64,000 bases of DNA from Bacillota bacterium (GCA_040766745.1 JAXGPX010000002.1:317248-381247); one strand, 5' to 3'; counted from the first letter of the stretch, positions 7,952-18,158 are shown. Program-made: numbers and translations. The notes: generated by a model from the letters alone, not told the origin.

Positions 7952-10228
7952 ATGGCAGAGACCCAGGATTCAGTCAAAGAATTCGCCGGTGCGAAGAACT
8001 CTTCCCGTTCCAGGCCCCTGAAGTTGAAAACTCTTCTCCTGGCACTGGTAAAGGCCGGCGTGGCACTGGCTCTTATCTCCGTAACCATTTTTGCCCTGCT
8101 TTTTGTTTTCTTGCCTCTGCCCGAGCCTGCAATTCCCGAGGCAACAAGGATTTATGACATTAACGGGAAGACTGTGTCTTCTCTTTTTGTTGAAAATAGA
8201 GTAGTAGTCCCATTTGATGAGATTCCTGAGAGCCTCAGACAAGCAGTTGTCGCAGTAGAAGACAAGAGGTTTTACAGCCATAAAGGCGTCGATTTCCGTT
8301 CTCTGGCAAGGGCTCTTGCGGCAAACATCAAGGCAGGCGAAGTTGTAGAAGGCGGGAGTACAATAACCCAACAGCTGTCATGGAACCTGTTTTTGACCCA
8401 CGAAAGAACTCTGAAGCGAAAACTACTTGAAGCAATCTACGCACTAAAGCTTGAAATGCGCTATTCAAAGCAAGAAATCCTGGAAATGTACTTGAACGTC
8501 ATATACCTGGGACATGGAACCTACGGGTGTGAGACGGCATCAAAACTTTACTTCGGCAAGCCAGTTAAAGACCTGACCCTGTCTGAGTCTGCCATGATTG
8601 CAGGAATCATTAAAGGGCCTGAGATTTACTCTCCGTATCACAACATGGAACTGGCAGAGAAGAGAAAAACCCTTGCCCTTGATCTTATGGTGGAACAAGG
8701 CAGCATCGATGAGGCCTTGGCAGAAAAGGCCAAGGCAGAGCCTATCAAACTTGCCGGAATGCCCAAGAGCAGTGCCGCCTACTTTGTGGATTTCATCATA
8801 GCCCAGATAAGGCAGGCCAAACCTGAAATCGCAGCCGAGATTTACCGGGGAGGATATGAGATTTTTACTACCCTGGACCTAGACATGCAGTTAGCAGCCG
8901 AAAAAGCATTTTCACGCTACCTCCCTGAAGGGGTTGTAGACTCCAAGGGCATCACTCAGCCTCAGGGTGCCCTGGTAGCAATAGAACCTCTAACCGGGTA
9001 TGTCAAGGCTTTGGTTGGCGGGCGGGATTGGAATGAAACACAGTTGAACAGGGCTTATCAGGTTAGGCGGCAACCTGGATCTGCCTTTAAGGTCTTTTTG
9101 TATGCTGCCGCTATTGATCTTGGACATCCGATCAATGAAACAAGAATCTGCGAACCTGTTGAGTTTCCGGGAAAGTCTCAGGGCGATGTATACAAGCCAA
9201 GGGATTTCGGGTGGCAACCTTACCACTATGAAGCACTGGATATCCGCCAGGCTGTGGCAATATCTGATAACGTAGTTGCAGCCAGGTGGGCATCGGAACT
9301 CGGGCCCTCTAAGATCATTGAATACGCCAGAAAATTGGGCATAAAGAGCCCTTTGCAAGCGAACATACCCCTGGCTTTAGGAGCTTCAGAGGTTACGCCC
9401 CTTGAAATGGCAGCTGCAGGTGCCGCTATTTCTGCTCAAGGGGTGTATGCAGAACCTATTGCCATCCTCAAACTAGTTGACTCAAGAGGCAACGTTCTTA
9501 TAGAGAACAAAGTTCAATCAAAACAAGTGCTCGACCCGGGTACGGCGTACATGCTTACAAGCGTCCTCCGTTCTGTAATAGGCCCTGGAGGTACCGGATC
9601 AGGGCTTCAAGGTTTTCTTGGAAACAGGCCTGCAGCCGGCAAAACGGGAACAAGCGATGACCAGCTGGAAGCATGGTTTGTGGGATATACCAGGGAACTT
9701 TCGTGTGCGGTATATGTAGGGTGGGACGATCGTGATAAGTCCTTGTCAGGCACAGGCGGTGGCGTGGCCGGGCCGGTCTGGGCAGGTTTCATGGGCAGCG
9801 CCCTTTCAGGCAAACCGGTCCAAAATTGGCCAATCCCCGGTGATTTGTCATGGGAGAGGGTCTGCGACAAGACAGGCCGAAGGGCTAATGTAACGTGTTT
9901 CGATTGGCACTATGAACTCTTCAGGGCGGGAACCGGCGCACCTGTCTGCTCTACAAATCATATATTTGAGTTTCTCATGCCCGGATGGCCAGCTTCAGGT
10001 GCTGAAGAGCCTCAGATCAAAAACGTTCCTTACTTCATCCCCCCAGATGCACCTGCAGTAAAACCTGAGGACAAGGAACGTCCTATGTCACCTGATGACG
10101 TTGACATACCCCTGACTGAAGACGAAAACGGCCTTTCGGCCCCCTGGGGCCATGAGGGCCTGCTCGAACCAGATGGCCAAGAGGGCCTTCCAGAACCAGA
10201 GGGTCAAGAGGGCACAACAAATCGATAA
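7952..10228 (+). CDS. class A penicillin-binding protein (bifunctional glycosyltransferase/transpeptidase)
   Basis: GT51 motifs (EDKRFYSHKGVD, GGSTITQQL) and the transpeptidase motifs SAFK and KTGT in the ORF translation. N-terminal TM anchor. The C-terminus is a low-complexity acidic PEGQEG repeat. Confidence 0.9.
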   Translation: MAETQDSVKEFAGAKNSSRSRPLKLKTLLLALVKAGVALALISVTIFALLFVFLPLPEPAIPEATRIYDINGKTVSSLFVENRVVVPFDEIPESLRQAVVAVEDKRFYSHKGVDFRSLARALAANIKAGEVVEGGSTITQQLSWNLFLTHERTLKRKLLEAIYALKLEMRYSKQEILEMYLNVIYLGHGTYGCETASKLYFGKPVKDLTLSESAMIAGIIKGPEIYSPYHNMELAEKRKTLALDLMVEQGSIDEALAEKAKAEPIKLAGMPKSSAAYFVDFIIAQIRQAKPEIAAEIYRGGYEIFTTLDLDMQLAAEKAFSRYLPEGVVDSKGITQPQGALVAIEPLTGYVKALVGGRDWNETQLNRAYQVRRQPGSAFKVFLYAAAIDLGHPINETRICEPVEFPGKSQGDVYKPRDFGWQPYHYEALDIRQAVAISDNVVAARWASELGPSKIIEYARKLGIKSPLQANIPLALGASEVTPLEMAAAGAAISAQGVYAEPIAILKLVDSRGNVLIENKVQSKQVLDPGTAYMLTSVLRSVIGPGGTGSGLQGFLGNRPAAGKTGTSDDQLEAWFVGYTRELSCAVYVGWDDRDKSLSGTGGGVAGPVWAGFMGSALSGKPVQNWPIPGDLSWERVCDKTGRRANVTCFDWHYELFRAGTGAPVCSTNHIFEFLMPGWPASGAEEPQIKNVPYFIPPDAPAVKPEDKERPMSPDDVDIPLTEDENGLSAPWGHEGLLEPDGQEGLPEPEGQEGTTNR

Positions 10229-10294
10229 GGCCCCCTGAATCCAGAGGGCCAATATGAAACCGACAAATGATGCCAAGATTGCTCCGAAGCACGG

Positions 10295-11506
10295 TTACCT
10301 GGTTTCAGATGCAGCTTCGGCCAGAACAACATCAAACTCCAGTGTTTGATCATTTCTGAGTACTTTGATCTTAACCCTGTCGCCTGGCGATTTTTCCGAC
10401 AAAAGGGCAACAAACGTGCCTATATCGTTAACGGAGCGTCCGCCAAATTCAGTAATAATATCGCCCTTCCGAATTCCAGCCTTGGCAGCCGGCCCGCTGG
10501 AAAGGACTTCAACAACATAAACTCCATGGTCTATCTTAACCTCAGGCATGTATAACTTTGCCTCGGCCTTGTCTATAAAACTGACACCTACAAGAGCCCT
10601 GCGTACCTTTCCTGTTTCCATTATCTCTGTAACAATGCGCTTAACCTGGTTAGACGGTATGGCAAAACCCATTCCCTCAACGGCCTGCACATCCAACTTA
10701 GCTGAATTGAGCCCGATAACCTGAGCTTCACTGTTGATTAGTGGGCCGCCGCTGTTTCCAGGGTTGATAACTGCATCAGTCTGAATAAGCCTTACGTAGC
10801 CGTCACCTATACTGAGCACCCGGTCAAGGCCTGAGATAACCCCGGCAGTAACCGATCTGTTAAACTCCATCCCAAGAGGGTTGCCTATGGCGATTGCCAG
10901 CTGTCCCGGCTTTACTTTGTCCGAATCGCCAAATACGGCCGTAGGCAGTTCAGATCCTTCTATCTTGATGACCGCCAAATCAGTGGCCGGATCGGTACCG
11001 ACTATCTTTGCAGCCATAGTACTTCCATCAGCTAGAAATACAGTTAGTTTGCGTGAGTCACCGGATACTACGTGGTTATTTGTGACAATATACCCATCAC
11101 TGGTGATAATGACGCCGGAACCTGATGTATCCCGGATATATTCCCTGCCGAAGAAGTCGTAGGTTGACTTGGTGTTCACAATACCTACAACAGCCGGGCT
11201 GACCTTCTCGGCTGCATCTACAACAATCTGCCATGGGTCTTGACTAACCTGGTTGTTGACAGGTTTTAACAGAGAGAGGGAGTCACTACCTTCAAGAATG
11301 CTTCCCAAAGAGGGGACTGAAAGCTGCAAACCTGCCATTCTGTTAACTATTAGTTGCGGCACTAGGCCTGCAACAAGCAGCCCGCCAATAACAGCCCCCA
11401 CAAGCCCCACTAGCAGGTATGACCACACCTGTGATGCTTTCCGTTTCTTCGGCTCCTTGTAGTTTTGAATTTCATAATGCTCAAAATCCAAAACCCCCAC
11501 CTCCAT
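10295..11506 (-). CDS. HtrA/DegP-family serine protease with C-terminal PDZ domain
   Basis: Trypsin-like catalytic motifs including GNSGGPL. N-terminal TM segment. PDZ-like C-terminal domain. Confidence 0.85.
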   Translation of the reverse strand: MEVGVLDFEHYEIQNYKEPKKRKASQVWSYLLVGLVGAVIGGLLVAGLVPQLIVNRMAGLQLSVPSLGSILEGSDSLSLLKPVNNQVSQDPWQIVVDAAEKVSPAVVGIVNTKSTYDFFGREYIRDTSGSGVIITSDGYIVTNNHVVSGDSRKLTVFLADGSTMAAKIVGTDPATDLAVIKIEGSELPTAVFGDSDKVKPGQLAIAIGNPLGMEFNRSVTAGVISGLDRVLSIGDGYVRLIQTDAVINPGNSGGPLINSEAQVIGLNSAKLDVQAVEGMGFAIPSNQVKRIVTEIMETGKVRRALVGVSFIDKAEAKLYMPEVKIDHGVYVVEVLSSGPAAKAGIRKGDIITEFGGRSVNDIGTFVALLSEKSPGDRVKIKVLRNDQTLEFDVVLAEAASETR

Positions 11507-11678
11507 ACAACTGATTAGTTCATTGATTTAACGGTATTTAGTTCCCACAATAATATATCTATCATACCGTTAATATGAATTTACGAAAGATTGGACAAGA
11601 AGTAACGATAGTATCTTTCCCACGGGGGCCTTCGAGCTGTGTCTTAGAGGCTGAGCTTACCTTGGCAAAACTGAGGTT

Positions 11679-12938
11679 CTATTCCTGGCCGTCTACCCTC
11701 TGTACATGGGCACCTATAGCCTGTAGTTTATCTACAATAGATTCATAGCCTCTCTCGATTATCTCAAGGCCATAGATTTCTGTTGTGCCTTCTGCAGACA
11801 GGCCTGCAACTACCAGGCTGGCTCCTGCCCTCAAGTCACTGGCGGTAACCGGAGATCCTGTAAGTTTCGGAGCGCCTTCAACAATAGCAGTCTTACCCTG
11901 GACTTTGACCTTTGCCCCCATCTTAACGAGCTCATTTAGGTGCCCAAGCCTGTTGTCGTACTGTGATTCCTGAATTACACTGACTCCCGTAGCCCGGGTG
12001 AGCACAGCTGTAAGTGGCTGTTGTGCATCTGTAGGAAAACCCGGATAGGGTAAAGTCTTTACATTAACGGGCCTGGGCCGCTCTGGCCCAACAACCCTGA
12101 CAAAATCACCGTTTTGCTCTATGGACGCCCCTGCCTCCTTGAGTTTTGCCACTACCGGCTCGAGGTGCTTCGTAATGACCCCCTGAATTTCTACATCACC
12201 GCCTGTGGCCACAGCCATCATCATATAGGTGGCGCCTTCCATATCGTCAGGAATAATCGAATGAGACGTTCCTTTGAGGCTTTTTACTCCCTTAATTCTG
12301 ATAATATCAGTACCGGCTCCGTGGATCCTTGCACCCATGGAATTAAGGCAGTTTGCCAGGTCCACTACATGTGGTTCCTTGGCTGCGTTCTCTATGATAG
12401 TAGTCCCCTTGGCCAGGCAGGCCGCAAGCATGATGTTTATTGTAGCCCCTACACTTGGCATATCCAGGTATAATGGGGCTCCTACCAGTTCATTGGCATA
12501 CAGCCTTACAACTCCGCCTTCCACTGAGGCTTCTGCCCCCAGAGCACGAAAACCCTTAAGGTGCTGATCAATAGGCCTTGGGCCGATATCGCACCCGCCA
12601 GGGAGCCCAACTTCAGCCTTACCAAACTTGGCAAGCAAGACACCCATAAGGTAATAAGAAGCCCTTAGTTTTCGGACCAAATCGTAAGGGGCCACATGAG
12701 AAGCAAATCCATTGGGTGAAATAGTCATAGTGTTCCGGTTCAAAGAAACAAGTGCGCCCAGATCCTGAAGGATCTGGGCAAACACTTTGACGTCACGTAT
12801 GGCAGGAACATTCTCAAGGGTAGACTGGCCTTCGCCTAGAAGGACAGCAGGTATTATGGCCACTGACGAATTCTTGGAACCTCCGATTTTGACTTCGCCT
12901 GTAAGCCTTCTTCTTCCCTCGATTACGAGTTTGGCCAT
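11679..12938 (-). CDS. murA: UDP-N-acetylglucosamine 1-carboxyvinyltransferase
   Basis: 419-aa ORF whose N-terminus MAKLVIEGRRRLTGEVKIGGSKNS is typical of MurA, with an EPSP-synthase fold. The active-site Cys region is present. Confidence 0.9.
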   Translation of the reverse strand: MAKLVIEGRRRLTGEVKIGGSKNSSVAIIPAVLLGEGQSTLENVPAIRDVKVFAQILQDLGALVSLNRNTMTISPNGFASHVAPYDLVRKLRASYYLMGVLLAKFGKAEVGLPGGCDIGPRPIDQHLKGFRALGAEASVEGGVVRLYANELVGAPLYLDMPSVGATINIMLAACLAKGTTIIENAAKEPHVVDLANCLNSMGARIHGAGTDIIRIKGVKSLKGTSHSIIPDDMEGATYMMMAVATGGDVEIQGVITKHLEPVVAKLKEAGASIEQNGDFVRVVGPERPRPVNVKTLPYPGFPTDAQQPLTAVLTRATGVSVIQESQYDNRLGHLNELVKMGAKVKVQGKTAIVEGAPKLTGSPVTASDLRAGASLVVAGLSAEGTTEIYGLEIIERGYESIVDKLQAIGAHVQRVDGQE

Positions 12939-12963
12939 ACGTTATATTCTCCGTTCTCCGGTT

Positions 12964-14433
12964 CTATTTGTAAAAACCCAACGGGTCTTTGGCTACGCCC
13001 TCTACGTGTACTTCAAAGTGAAGGTGGGGGCCTGTTGAGATGCCTGTGCTGCCTACATAACCGATTACCGCACCTTTCTCCACCTTATCTCCGGTCTTTA
13101 CTGCCATTTTGGACATATGGGCATACCAGGTTTGGGTGCTGCCGTGATCTACCTTGACGAGGTTTCCATATCCGCCGTTCCATCCGGCAAAGGTTACCAC
13201 CCCTGAGTCAGCAGCCTTGATTTCCGTACCCGAAGACGCTCCAATGTCAATCCCTCTGTGAAACGAACCCCAGCGCCATCCAAATTTCGAAGTAATTGTA
13301 CCCTGCACAGGCCAAACCAGTTCGCCCGATCCCATTGCAGGTACTTGCTTGTTTCCCCTGGTGAGTTTCTTGGGAACCGGATGGGAAATGACTGTTTCAG
13401 AAATTCTCGTACGGGAAACCTCTTTTCCGTTTTCCCTTACTACTTGCTCAATGATTTCCTTTTGGCCGCTTTTGCCCTGCTGGGTGACTGTCTCTTGCCA
13501 GGGCCACATCGACGAATCATGTGTTACCTGTACCGAGTACGGAATCGATTGAATGTAGGTGACTGTCTCACGGCTCGACAGAGTTACGTAGGGGTCCGGC
13601 ACAACCAAATTGAGGTTCTCTCCCTCTTTAATCAGATCACCCTTTACTTCAGGGTTTGCTTTCCTGAGGTCATCAACGCTCATTTGGTTGGCACGGGCAA
13701 TTGTCCAAAGGCTGTCTCCTCGCTGGACTGTGTAGCTTAACATCTTATCAGTGCCGCGAGTAAGGATCGTGCCTGCCTCGTCCCTATTTCTAAAGAGCGA
13801 AGTAGAAATCTCTTTTTCTGTTATGTCGATCTTCTCTTTGATCAGGACTTCGTCGCAAGTGGCATGGCCTGGTTCCACAATAGTCTTAACGTAGTTGTCG
13901 CGAAGATCTGAAAGGGTTCCCCTTGCCTCTTCCTCAGAACCCAGGGCTACCACGTCTTCTCCATCAATGCAGATAACGTAGCCTAATGCCACCAAAGAAA
14001 TTTTCTCTTTGAGGATCTGCCCCAAATCATCAGGCTCGCTCACTACTGAGTCTTTTTCCCATTTGACTTTCTCGTAAGCTATTTCGCTGGCAACCTTGAC
14101 CTCGGCGCCAATGCGAAAAGATTCTTCTTCTGATAGCCTGGCAACCATCTTACCTACAAGGTCTTTATCGTCGGTGTGCCCGATTACCTCGCCATCAACC
14201 ATAACAGCAAAGAGTTTTGCCCTGTTGGCATTTGCCGCAATCGCAACAACGCTGACCAGGAGTGCCATTATCACTCCTGTTGATATGTAGATAGCTTTTT
14301 TGTCAAACTTTGGCCGCCGAGAGTTCTGCCCTGGTGTTCTAGGGGCCTCTGGCGTCCTGCCCCGGGCCCGTGTCCTTTTTGGCCGCCGTCCCGGGTGCAA
14401 TTTCTCAGGGTGTAAGCTAGTTTCGTCCATCAT
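12964..14433 (-). CDS. membrane-anchored LysM + M23 (LytM) metallopeptidase
   Basis: Basic N-terminal tail, one TM helix, a LysM motif (YTVQRGDSLWTIA...LRKANP), and M23 catalytic motifs HRGIDI and GPHLHFEVH. Confidence 0.8.
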   Translation of the reverse strand: MMDETSLHPEKLHPGRRPKRTRARGRTPEAPRTPGQNSRRPKFDKKAIYISTGVIMALLVSVVAIAANANRAKLFAVMVDGEVIGHTDDKDLVGKMVARLSEEESFRIGAEVKVASEIAYEKVKWEKDSVVSEPDDLGQILKEKISLVALGYVICIDGEDVVALGSEEEARGTLSDLRDNYVKTIVEPGHATCDEVLIKEKIDITEKEISTSLFRNRDEAGTILTRGTDKMLSYTVQRGDSLWTIARANQMSVDDLRKANPEVKGDLIKEGENLNLVVPDPYVTLSSRETVTYIQSIPYSVQVTHDSSMWPWQETVTQQGKSGQKEIIEQVVRENGKEVSRTRISETVISHPVPKKLTRGNKQVPAMGSGELVWPVQGTITSKFGWRWGSFHRGIDIGASSGTEIKAADSGVVTFAGWNGGYGNLVKVDHGSTQTWYAHMSKMAVKTGDKVEKGAVIGYVGSTGISTGPHLHFEVHVEGVAKDPLGFYK

Positions 14434-14647
14434 TGTGCCGCACTCAAAAGCTTTGCTGATTTCCGACGGGTTTGTCTGTATCTCACCCTCTACAGTAGAA
14501 AGTGCAGCCTTCCCCTCCTTTCATAGCCTGATTCATATTTGTCCCCGGCTTGTACTACATGGGCCGGGTGAAAATTTGTACATGTTTTGCCTATCTTGGT
14601 TTTGCTCCACCAGAATGGGATATTCTATCCCGTTTACGAAATTCCTG

Positions 14648-16162
14648 CTAAACGCTTTTTATATATTGAACATAAAGGGCAAATTCTAGTCTAATTTTCA
14701 TAATGCGGCACGCCAGAGGGTCCGGATTCAACATGTCGCCAGTAGATGCAAGGGCCCCGGCATGGCAGCCCCCCCCACACAAGTACCTAGCCCAACATTT
14801 TATGCAGCTCTCTTTATTGGGGACACGAGAGTGATAAAACTTTCTGGCTATGTTCTGTCTCTTCAATATGTCAACATGTTTCTGGCCATGTTGTGAAACG
14901 CCAGGCGTGGTATCTGACGGAGAATCCAGTATGGTGCCTAGATTGAAATCCCCTTGTCCCACAAGCTGGTGGCATGGATAAATAGTACCCTCAGGAGTAA
15001 CCGCCAGGTACTCGTAACCGGCTCCGCAGCCTGTTACTCGCCGCTCCCGGCATACACCGCGGTCAAGTCCAAGCTCGAAATGGTAATAATCCATAGGGGC
15101 ATTATTCTTGTAGCAATCTTCCCAGAAAGCCGTAAGCTCAGAGTATGACTCTCTGACAATCGGAAGATCATCTTCGGTAATAGACCAGTCTGCATCTGCC
15201 CCTATTGCCGGTTCCAGAGACATTCTCCTGAAACCAAGTTCATACAGATACCTGGCATCCCTGTGGAAATCGAGATTGCAGCGTGTATAGGTGCCTCTCA
15301 CATAGTAATCCCGTCCGCCTCTAGATTCTACAAGCCTCTGGGCGTTGGCAACAGCAGGCCCATGGCTGAAAGAACCATCTCTGCAGCGCCGCATTTTGTC
15401 GTGAACTTCAGGCCTGCCATCAAGGCTGAGAATTACACTGATATTCCAGTCATTGAGGAAATCAATGATCTCCTTATTTAGCAGAGTGCAGTTAGTCGTT
15501 AGGGTAAATCGAAATTCCTTGCCGTGCCTCGGGCCCTCTTCGGCGGAATACAGAACTGCTTGCTTTACTGTATCAAATGCCAGAAGAGGTTCGCCCCCGA
15601 AAAAGTCCACATCAAGGTATCGCCTGCTGCCTGATGCGCCAATGAGGAAATCTATGGCCTTTTTGGCAGTTTCAGCACTCATGAGCATGGGTTTTCCCCC
15701 GAAACGCCCCTGGGCAGCAAAGCAATACCTGCAAACAAGGTTGCAGTCGTGGGCAATGTTGAGGCACATGGCCTTAACAGACGGTAGAGGTTCATCTATA
15801 GCAGGTTGGGGCATAGTTCCCCCTGGCTGGGTACCGGGGAATAAAAGGCTATTATCCTGGATTTCATCTTTGCCCCATAGTGATTTGCCGGCTTGCAGCT
15901 TTATTTCTTCCCATGCTGCCGCTATGTCCTCCCTAGAGAACGGCGGTGATAACACTGACATTGCTTGGTTCAGCTGGGCTTGTTCGTAGGCATTGTCACT
16001 GAAATGCTGAAAATCTATGCCTTGTTCCGAGCAATAATCAATGACGCCACGTCCTACAGAATCAAGCTTATGCAGTGAGCCGGTTGCTGCATCGTGGGCC
16101 AGGTCTATCCCTTTGATTCTGAAAGTATGAACTTGTTTCCCGTCTGCTACTTTTCCGGGCAT
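14648..16162 (-). CDS. radical SAM/SPASM peptide maturase (SCIFF maturase family)
   Basis: CNLVCRYC (CxxxCxxC) and a C-terminal SPASM Cys cluster (CIKCWARYLCGGGCHAG). It sits immediately downstream of the SCIFF peptide gene. The start is ambiguous: ATG at 16219 (AGGTG RBS) or 16162. Both overlap the peptide gene in another frame. Confidence 0.75.
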   Translation of the reverse strand: MPGKVADGKQVHTFRIKGIDLAHDAATGSLHKLDSVGRGVIDYCSEQGIDFQHFSDNAYEQAQLNQAMSVLSPPFSREDIAAAWEEIKLQAGKSLWGKDEIQDNSLLFPGTQPGGTMPQPAIDEPLPSVKAMCLNIAHDCNLVCRYCFAAQGRFGGKPMLMSAETAKKAIDFLIGASGSRRYLDVDFFGGEPLLAFDTVKQAVLYSAEEGPRHGKEFRFTLTTNCTLLNKEIIDFLNDWNISVILSLDGRPEVHDKMRRCRDGSFSHGPAVANAQRLVESRGGRDYYVRGTYTRCNLDFHRDARYLYELGFRRMSLEPAIGADADWSITEDDLPIVRESYSELTAFWEDCYKNNAPMDYYHFELGLDRGVCRERRVTGCGAGYEYLAVTPEGTIYPCHQLVGQGDFNLGTILDSPSDTTPGVSQHGQKHVDILKRQNIARKFYHSRVPNKESCIKCWARYLCGGGCHAGALASTGDMLNPDPLACRIMKIRLEFALYVQYIKSV

Positions 16163-16314
16163 GGCTGATTGGAAACTGTGCACGAAGTTTTGCATGCAGA
16201 CTGGCAAGAAGCCTGGCATGATTCACACCTGGGATTCTTCTTGCTCCAATCAGGGACAATCACCGGAACAACATGAATAGTTTGGCTTCTGGGGTCTCTA
16301 CTTGTGGTCTTCAT
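16147..16314 (-). CDS. SCIFF ribosomal peptide precursor (six cysteines in forty-five residues)
   Basis: Translation MKTTSRDPRSQTIHVVPVIVPDWSKKNPRCESCQASCQSACKTSCTVSNQPCPEK has the family signature C..C..SCQSACKTSCTV.NQ.C. GGGAGGAA lies 6 nt upstream of the ATG at 16314. The track ORF 16147..16335 begins at an upstream TTG. Confidence 0.85.
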   Translation of the reverse strand: MKTTSRDPRSQTIHVVPVIVPDWSKKNPRCESCQASCQSACKTSCTVSNQPCPEK

Positions 16315-16553
16315 TACCGGTTCCTCCCTAAACAACTATGTAAAAGTCTCAATACCATACACATACACTAACATACAGGTCGTATATAAAGATTATAAAG
16401 GACAATCAGCAGATATCAAGGTCAACAAGGCCGCCGGTTAAGTTTAAGTGATGGCAACTGTCCAAGATAATTAGCCTCAAAACCTGCAATTTCAGTTCTT
16501 ATAATTTCCCCCCACAGGTAAATATTATATTGTAAGGAGAGTGCTTCCAGACA

Positions 16554-17762
16554 ATGGACGGCGGACGATGCAAAATAGTGTATGTCTCCAAAGAAAAGCC
16601 GGCCTCCAGACAGAGGTATGGCCTGGTTGTCTTGGCGTTGTGTGCTGTGCTCGTTGGCGTGATGATCGGATTGTGGAGGACTCCCCCTCACGATTGGACT
16701 CAAAGGAACCTACCAGGCTTTACAGGTGGAATTCAAGACAGCTCCAAGAGTGGTTCCTCAAACCGTAACGGGGTTAACTCGATTGGTGGAGCAGGTAACA
16801 GTCAAGGGCCGGGCTATGCTAACGGCAGTTTGGGCCTGCCGGGATGTGATGGCCGGACAGTTGCTGAATCAGACTCCTCAGGCTCAGAAGTGCCTGCATT
16901 TGCTGATTCGCCTGAAGAACCGTCTTTGAGCCTCCCTGAGGTATTGATAATGATCCCTGCTGTTCAAAACCCTGGGGCCGGAGAAGCTGAAACCTCACCT
17001 TCGGTGACTGGTACCGTGAAACATCCGATCAGGCTTGTGTCGTACAAAGTACAGAAAGGGGACACCCTTACCCGAATAGCTGCCAAGTTCAACACCACTG
17101 TAAACTCAATTGTAGCCATCAACGGGCTTGCTGTTCCTGATAGCATCGCCCAGGGCATAGAGCTGGCAATAATGGAGAACGGGTCGGGTACAGTTTGCAG
17201 AGTGGAGAGAGGGGATACCCTTTCAGAAATATCCAGGGTTTACGGTGTTCCTGTCGACATAATTATGGAGGCAAATGACCTATCAGACCCGCAGAATCTT
17301 TCGCCAGGGCAGTTGCTGCTGCTTCCAGGAACAAAAATAACTGCAACCAGTCTTCAAGTGGCAGCGGCGTCAAGATCGTCAACTTTCTCATGGCCTGTGT
17401 CAGGAAAAGTTACAGACGGGTATGGGTGGAGAACGCACCCCATAACAGGTAAGCGTCAGTTTCACGAAGGGATAGACATAGCAGCCCAATCAGGAACTGC
17501 CGTAAGGGCAGCGGCAAGCGGGACAGTGACTTTTGTCGGCTGGTCAAACGGCTACGGCAGGCTTGTTGTAGTAAGCCACGGAGAGGGCTACGAGAGCAAG
17601 TACGGGCATCTCTCCCGTTATGCAGTGTCAAATGGAGCCAAAGTGTCTAAGGGCGATACACTGGGGTATGTAGGCCAGTCAGGCGATGCTACAGGCCCGC
17701 ATTTACATTTTGAAATCACGGTTTCGAAACAGTCAAAGAATCCCCGAAATTACTTGCCCTAG
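16554..17762 (+). CDS. LysM (x2) + M23 metallopeptidase
   Basis: N-terminal TM. Two LysM repeats (YKVQKGDTLTRIA..., CRVERGDTLSEIS...). M23 motifs HEGIDI and GPHLHFEI. Confidence 0.8.
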   Translation: MDGGRCKIVYVSKEKPASRQRYGLVVLALCAVLVGVMIGLWRTPPHDWTQRNLPGFTGGIQDSSKSGSSNRNGVNSIGGAGNSQGPGYANGSLGLPGCDGRTVAESDSSGSEVPAFADSPEEPSLSLPEVLIMIPAVQNPGAGEAETSPSVTGTVKHPIRLVSYKVQKGDTLTRIAAKFNTTVNSIVAINGLAVPDSIAQGIELAIMENGSGTVCRVERGDTLSEISRVYGVPVDIIMEANDLSDPQNLSPGQLLLLPGTKITATSLQVAAASRSSTFSWPVSGKVTDGYGWRTHPITGKRQFHEGIDIAAQSGTAVRAAASGTVTFVGWSNGYGRLVVVSHGEGYESKYGHLSRYAVSNGAKVSKGDTLGYVGQSGDATGPHLHFEITVSKQSKNPRNYLP

Positions 17763-17803
17763 ATCATCTGTGAGGCAGCAAACATGAGAGTGTGCCGGAG
17801 CAT

Positions 17804-17839
17804 GAAACGCGCGAACCGTCCCCGCGTTCCTTTGTTCAG
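17804..17839 (+). terminator. hairpin plus T-rich tract between convergent M23 gene and bofA; copy of a palindromic repeat element
   Basis: GAAACGCGCGAACCGTCCCCGCGTT (6-bp GC stem) followed by CCTTTGTT. The same core recurs at 22975-23045. Confidence 0.45.
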
Positions 17840-18099
17840 ATGAGGTATTTGACGGCAAGGAGCAAAATAGCGCCTGGGATCCCCAGGATGCCTAGGGTGA
17901 TTGCAGAGATAAGGTTAAGCCCCAGGTGAAACCCGAAAAATCCGCCGGCAATGTTCACAGCCCAAATGCCGAAGAAGGCAACGAAAGATCTGAGAAGTAC
18001 TCTACCGAGGCCTTTAAGCCTGGCGCCTATTGGACGGAGAAGTAGAAACATGACTAAAGAGGCCATGGCAATTCCGACAACCTCGTATATGCTCAACAC
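17836..18099 (-). CDS. bofA: pro-sigma-K processing inhibitor BofA
   Basis: 87 aa, two TM segments, conserved C-terminal ...ISAITLGILGIPGAILLLAVKYLI. It occupies the same position as bofA in B. subtilis (dnaX-yaaK-recR-yaaL-bofA). Confidence 0.75.
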   Translation of the reverse strand: MLSIYEVVGIAMASLVMFLLLRPIGARLKGLGRVLLRSFVAFFGIWAVNIAGGFFGFHLGLNLISAITLGILGIPGAILLLAVKYLI

Positions 18100-18158
18100 A
18101 AATCCCTCCTGAAAATACTCTTATGAACAGGAGGGTGATTATATTCGCAAAAGTGAGT

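Noticed and set aside
7870-8371. Minus-strand ORFs 7870-8088 and 7970-8371
   Set aside because: They are antisense to the start of the PBP gene and its divergent promoter region, with no homology signal.
16068-16259. ORF 16068-16259 (minus strand)
   Set aside because: It lies entirely within the SCIFF peptide / maturase overlap region in a third frame and has no RBS.
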